Source: Blepharisma stoltei ATCC 30299 (Eukaryota; Protista; Ciliophora). From it: a stretch of DNA of 64,000 nucleotides. A program made the translations under genes and the position numbers. This document shows, one piece after another, positions 60,286 through 64,000 of the stretch. How positions within the stretch are numbered: position 1 is the first letter of the stretch; the number at the start of each line of letters is the position of its first letter. The notes under the pieces were generated by a model, which worked only from the letters and a program-made list of their open reading frames with translations, searched no databases and was not told the origin of the DNA. Location of the stretch: the NCBI GenBank assembly GCA_965603825.1, contig CBFDEM010000032.1, positions 372,001 through 436,000 on the forward strand, written 5' to 3'.

Positions 60286-61827
60286 TTACATAACAATTTT
60301 TTGAGCTAAAAAATACGAAACTGTGTCAGCAACCACTCCATCTTTAGATTCAAGTGCTGAAATAACTTCTTTTTCAGTCAGATTCTTTTTGCTTATTTTT
60401 TGGCACAATTTTACTAATTTTAAAAATTGATTATCTATGTCGTAATCATTTGAGAGAAGTCTAAGTGGTCTCAAGTCATGAACTGTTCGAGTTTGATTAT
60501 TAAATGTAACAAGAAAATCTTCCTTTTTGGGAAACATATCATGAAAATCATATTGCTCATTTGCCTTCTGAATTTTGCAAGACTGATTTATTTCTTTTAT
60601 CTTAGGTGAATTCTTGCGCAAGATTGAAGCTGGAAGGTGAATATTTGGTTTTTCAATTGTTTTACTCTCTAAATCTGATAGAATTTCTTTATTAATGCTG
60701 TTGCTTTGATTAATTTCAACATAATTGTTTAACTGCTCTTCTTCTGCAACTACGCTCTGCAGCGGTGGGCGAAAATGAAAATCCTTTTTCTCAGTTATTG
60801 GGTTTTCAATATTTTCATTTGGATGAATATTCTCTTTTTCTATAGATTTCTGCGAGATAATTTTGGATTTTCCTCGTGCCTGCATTTCTTGATTTGAACT
60901 GTTACACAAAATAGTTTGGCTAAACTTTTTTGAGATTGGAGTGACTGAAATACTTTCTAGTTCATCATATGCTCTTGCTTTTAAGTCTAAATTATTGCTT
61001 GGAATCTTGTTTTGGCTTTGCCGACTCCTTTCGGATTCTTTATGATCAATGCCTTTAGTATTTTGGACGCGTATTTCTTTTATTATAGCTTTAGTTTGAG
61101 ACTTTTTAGATCGTTCTTTTTCACAACTATCGATTTCTCTTATTTTTTTCATACCTTCAATTGATGTTTCTCTTTTCCTTTTGAATTGATTTTCAAAGCA
61201 TTTCGCTAAACTTGGAGTTCTATTCTCATTTTCACTGAGAAAATTTTGCTCACTTTTTAAGCTCTCTAAAACAAATTGAGACTGCGATTTCTTAGGAGTT
61301 TCAGCTTCATCTGGCTTGATAATCTCATATTTAATTTTTAAGTTTTTACTTGATATTCTTTCTGCTTCTTCTTTGTTTATTCCTGTCATTATCCTTGTTC
61401 AATGGTATCTCAAACTTTCATCACTATGATTTATACCTTTATCTGCAAGTCCTGCCCAAAAAATTCTATTATTTGGGTTTCCAACTGTTGTCTTTACATA
61501 TTCAATCATTTTTTCTTCATCTTCTCTTGTATATTGAAGCCTTTTTTTATTTAGCCTTCGCAATTCATAGCTATCAACATCCAGCAACTTTCGTTCCCTA
61601 ATTGAGTCATATATGAATCGAAATGAATAAACCGGGTATTTTTGATTTTGTGGAAGAACGTAATCAACGTCATGAGGTGCTAAAGCTATATATTCAGGTT
61701 TTCGCTTTGTTTTGTATAAGATTCCTCCATGGTCATATACAAGCTTTTTTAGTTTGTTAGCTTCTGGACTAGGCTTCATAAAAAATATAAGTCTCTTTTC
61801 GTGGAGTTTAAAGATCTTTTTCCCCAT
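60286..61827 (-). CDS. RAP1: Rap1/TERF2IP-like telomere protein (BRCT + Myb + RCT-like C-terminus, 513 aa)
   Basis: ATG 61827, TGA=W 61399; IFFMKPSPEANKLKKLVYDHGG..YSFRFIYDSIRERKLLDVDSY (BRCT), RLQYTREDE..FW..HSDESLRYHW (Myb), EVISALESKDGVVADTVSYF (RCT-like). Confidence 0.68.
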
Positions 61828-62215
61828 TTTTAAAATTCTAATTTGGCAATAGAAAGAAATGGATTCTGATTTAAGCAACTAAGATTGTTTGAAAATCACA
61901 AAAAATATAATTAATTACACTTTGCTTGAAATTTAAAAACCTAACGGAACTGCATGATAAAATAAAAGATAGAGGCCATAAAATACAATATTATTGAGTT
62001 AATTTTTGATATTAATCATCTTTCTTATCATCAATGGTAATCCTTGCCCGCAAGCATTGATTTTAATTATATAAAAATAATCAAGCAATGACTGCTAAAA
62101 GTATAAAGTATAAAAATAGTTATCGTTGCTAATCTGGTAAAACAAATATATCTTCGCCAGATTTTTTAACGATTTTAACAGAAGTCTTTAATTAAAAATA
62201 TGGATAATAATAAAT

Positions 62216-62815
62216 ATGGATCTTGACTGGTCAGGAAGAGCTCACACAATATTAGAACAAACTTTAAATGAAATAAAGACCAGACTTGCCTCAGCAAGCT
62301 GGAACCATATAGAAGAAACCAATACTATAGCAGTCTACAACACAAACATAGGAAATAGCTTCTTAGCCAAGGCAACAGGAACTATCAACACGTCTCCAGA
62401 CAACCTTGTGAGGTTTTTCTCAGACTCAAATAATATCAGACAGTGGGTGGATAATCTAAAAAATGCAATTCAACTACAGCAGTCAGGAGATGTGAAACTA
62501 ATCAAATATCAAATCCAAAATAAATGGCCTGTTGATGACCGTGAATTTCTTTATGTCACCAAATCATTTACCGAAGGAAACTTGACATACTTAATCGAAA
62601 GAAGCGTTGATCTGCCAAATATCCCGACTGATGCCAAACATGTGAGAGGAGATTATATGGCTGGGTACATTTTTGAACCTCAAGGAGGGAATCTAACAAA
62701 AACAACTCTTGTATTAAATTATGATCCCAGTGGAAATGTTCCTACAGCAATCAAGACAAGCATTTTGAATAAGCAAGCAAGTCGCCTTAAAGCTGCAAAA
62801 GTTAATTTCGGATAA
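62216..62815 (+). CDS. START-domain lipid-transfer protein
   Basis: RQWVD, WPVDDREF, VRGD..GY, DPSGNVP motifs. Confidence 0.88.
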   Translation: MDLDWSGRAHTILEQTLNEIKTRLASASWNHIEETNTIAVYNTNIGNSFLAKATGTINTSPDNLVRFFSDSNNIRQWVDNLKNAIQLQQSGDVKLIKYQIQNKWPVDDREFLYVTKSFTEGNLTYLIERSVDLPNIPTDAKHVRGDYMAGYIFEPQGGNLTKTTLVLNYDPSGNVPTAIKTSILNKQASRLKAAKVNFG

Positions 62816-62869
62816 CTATTTGTTAAAAATGAGGATTTATAAAAAAACTATTTTTTATCGATATAATTT

Positions 62870-64000
62870 TTAATTTTTTTTTTGAGGTTTCGTCATCTTC
62901 TTCTTGTTCAATTGATGGCTTGCTATGGTTGCTTTATCTGATTGTAGAGATTTTCCTGGAGCTGGATTATGCTGTTCAGCAAGCATAACTTGATAAGAAG
63001 GAATGATATCTTCATTCATCTCATTTATCTGAGCCATTTGCTCCATATTTCTTTGATTTGAAAACATATATTGGTTCCAATTATTGATATTTTGCACTGC
63101 TTGACCATATTCTCCTTGTCGTGCCAAGCTTGCCGATTGTAATTTGCAATTTCTAGCCAGGACTTCAAAGTTAGCGTTTTGCATAATTTCTTCTTGATCA
63201 TCACTCACTTCAAAAATTTGGGTATCAACAAGCACACATTTCATGCCATTCATTTTCCTATGTTCAATAGTAACTTGGAATGGGACTTTTTCTAGATTTT
63301 CTGTGTTGTTGACATTATATTCAAAGGTAAACATGGTATCTTCAGTAACGTTTCCAAATTTTTTGATTAGTCTGGTCCCGCCTGGCTGAATAAGGGCTGG
63401 ATCTTGGTTTTTGAATGACAAAGCTTTGTGGAGATTCACAGTTACTACCACGTTTGTCGCCAAGATCTGCTGAGCCAAAATATTTGCGAAATCGGCAGAG
63501 ACGTCTTCAGGGTCAACTTTAGTAAGCTCTCCCCCTGTTTCTTCTACAACTTCAGCCAAACTTGCTAGTCTACAGTCTTCACTGGCTATAGAGATAACAG
63601 AAACACTTACACCTTTTTCCTTTGCAATTGTAGAAACTCTATTGTAATAAGAATTTGCTTGTGACAAATCTTGCAAATTTTCAAAAGACCCAATCCCTAC
63701 ATTAGCAATTCCATCTGTGCATATTATAACTTTGGACCCTGGCCCACCTTGTGAAGCAAGTCCTACAGAAACCAAAAGTGCAGGGCCTAGAGCAGTGGCT
63801 CCACCTTCCTCCAAGCCTAAAACTTTGCCACTCAGCTGTTCTTTTGTTTCATTGATCGTATGTCCCAAATATTCATTATGTTTGCGTTCAACCAAATTTA
63901 GTAGCCCATCAAAATTATTAAGCCTATCTCCCGTAATAGCAACAGTTTGGCTTCCATCTCCAATAATAGTAACTTCATTATTAAATGTGACAACTCCGAC
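62870..64000 (-). CDS. vWA (Sec23/24-trunk-like, CPRas1-type) domain protein, 5'-truncated by window edge
   Basis: VGVVTFNNEV, GGATALGPAL, KVIICTDGIANVGIG, TGG; frame open to window end. Confidence 0.8.
   Translation of the reverse strand, partial: VGVVTFNNEVTIIGDGSQTVAITGDRLNNFDGLLNLVERKHNEYLGHTINETKEQLSGKVLGLEEGGATALGPALLVSVGLASQGGPGSKVIICTDGIANVGIGSFENLQDLSQANSYYNRVSTIAKEKGVSVSVISIASEDCRLASLAEVVEETGGELTKVDPEDVSADFANILAQQILATNVVVTVNLHKALSFKNQDPALIQPGGTRLIKKFGNVTEDTMFTFEYNVNNTENLEKVPFQVTIEHRKMNGMKCVLVDTQIFEVSDDQEEIMQNANFEVLARNCKLQSASLARQGEYGQAVQNINNWNQYMFSNQRNMEQMAQINEMNEDIIPSYQVMLAEQHNPAPGKSLQSDKATIASHQLNKKKMTKPQKKN

Noticed and set aside
1-64000. UAG=Gln (old 'Blepharisma' table 15) or UAR=Gln ciliate code
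   Set aside because: TAG/TAA occur at true gene ends or inside tiny introns, not within reconstructed exons
1-64000. Prokaryotic/Mycoplasma-like or mitochondrial origin (UGA=Trp, AT-rich), CRISPR arrays, operons
   Set aside because: Gene content is nuclear eukaryotic (IFT, Pol III, SNARE, cyclin) with spliceosomal introns; no repeat-spacer arrays seen

Overview
AT-rich, very gene-dense eukaryotic DNA that reads as a heterotrich ciliate macronuclear chromosome segment, most likely Blepharisma or a relative. Two features explain why the supplied ORF track is fragmented. (1) TGA encodes Trp: it falls on conserved Trp positions in many genes, while TAA and TAG are the real stops. (2) Genes carry tiny 15-16 nt GT-AG introns with an A six nt from the 3' end; 18 were reconstructed. 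Re-reading with these rules gives about 42 protein genes plus tRNA-Gln(TTG). They include IFT56, RNase H2B, Pol III RPC1, PSMD9, ECHS1, a FERRY3/C12orf4 homologue, a TBC GAP, an R2R3-Myb, FAM136A-like, SAC3/GANP, DNAAF1, an RCC1-BTB protein, VAMP7, a PRL phosphatase, a USP53/54-like DUB, START and vWA proteins. The most striking hidden object is one 701-aa ORF (44812-46917) fusing an F-box, a catalytically degenerate CDK-like domain and a cyclin. Also notable: a BRCT-Myb-RCT Rap1/TERF2IP-like telomere protein and a TTL-family ligase with an N-terminal signal/anchor. All family calls come from motif recognition by eye; no searches were run.
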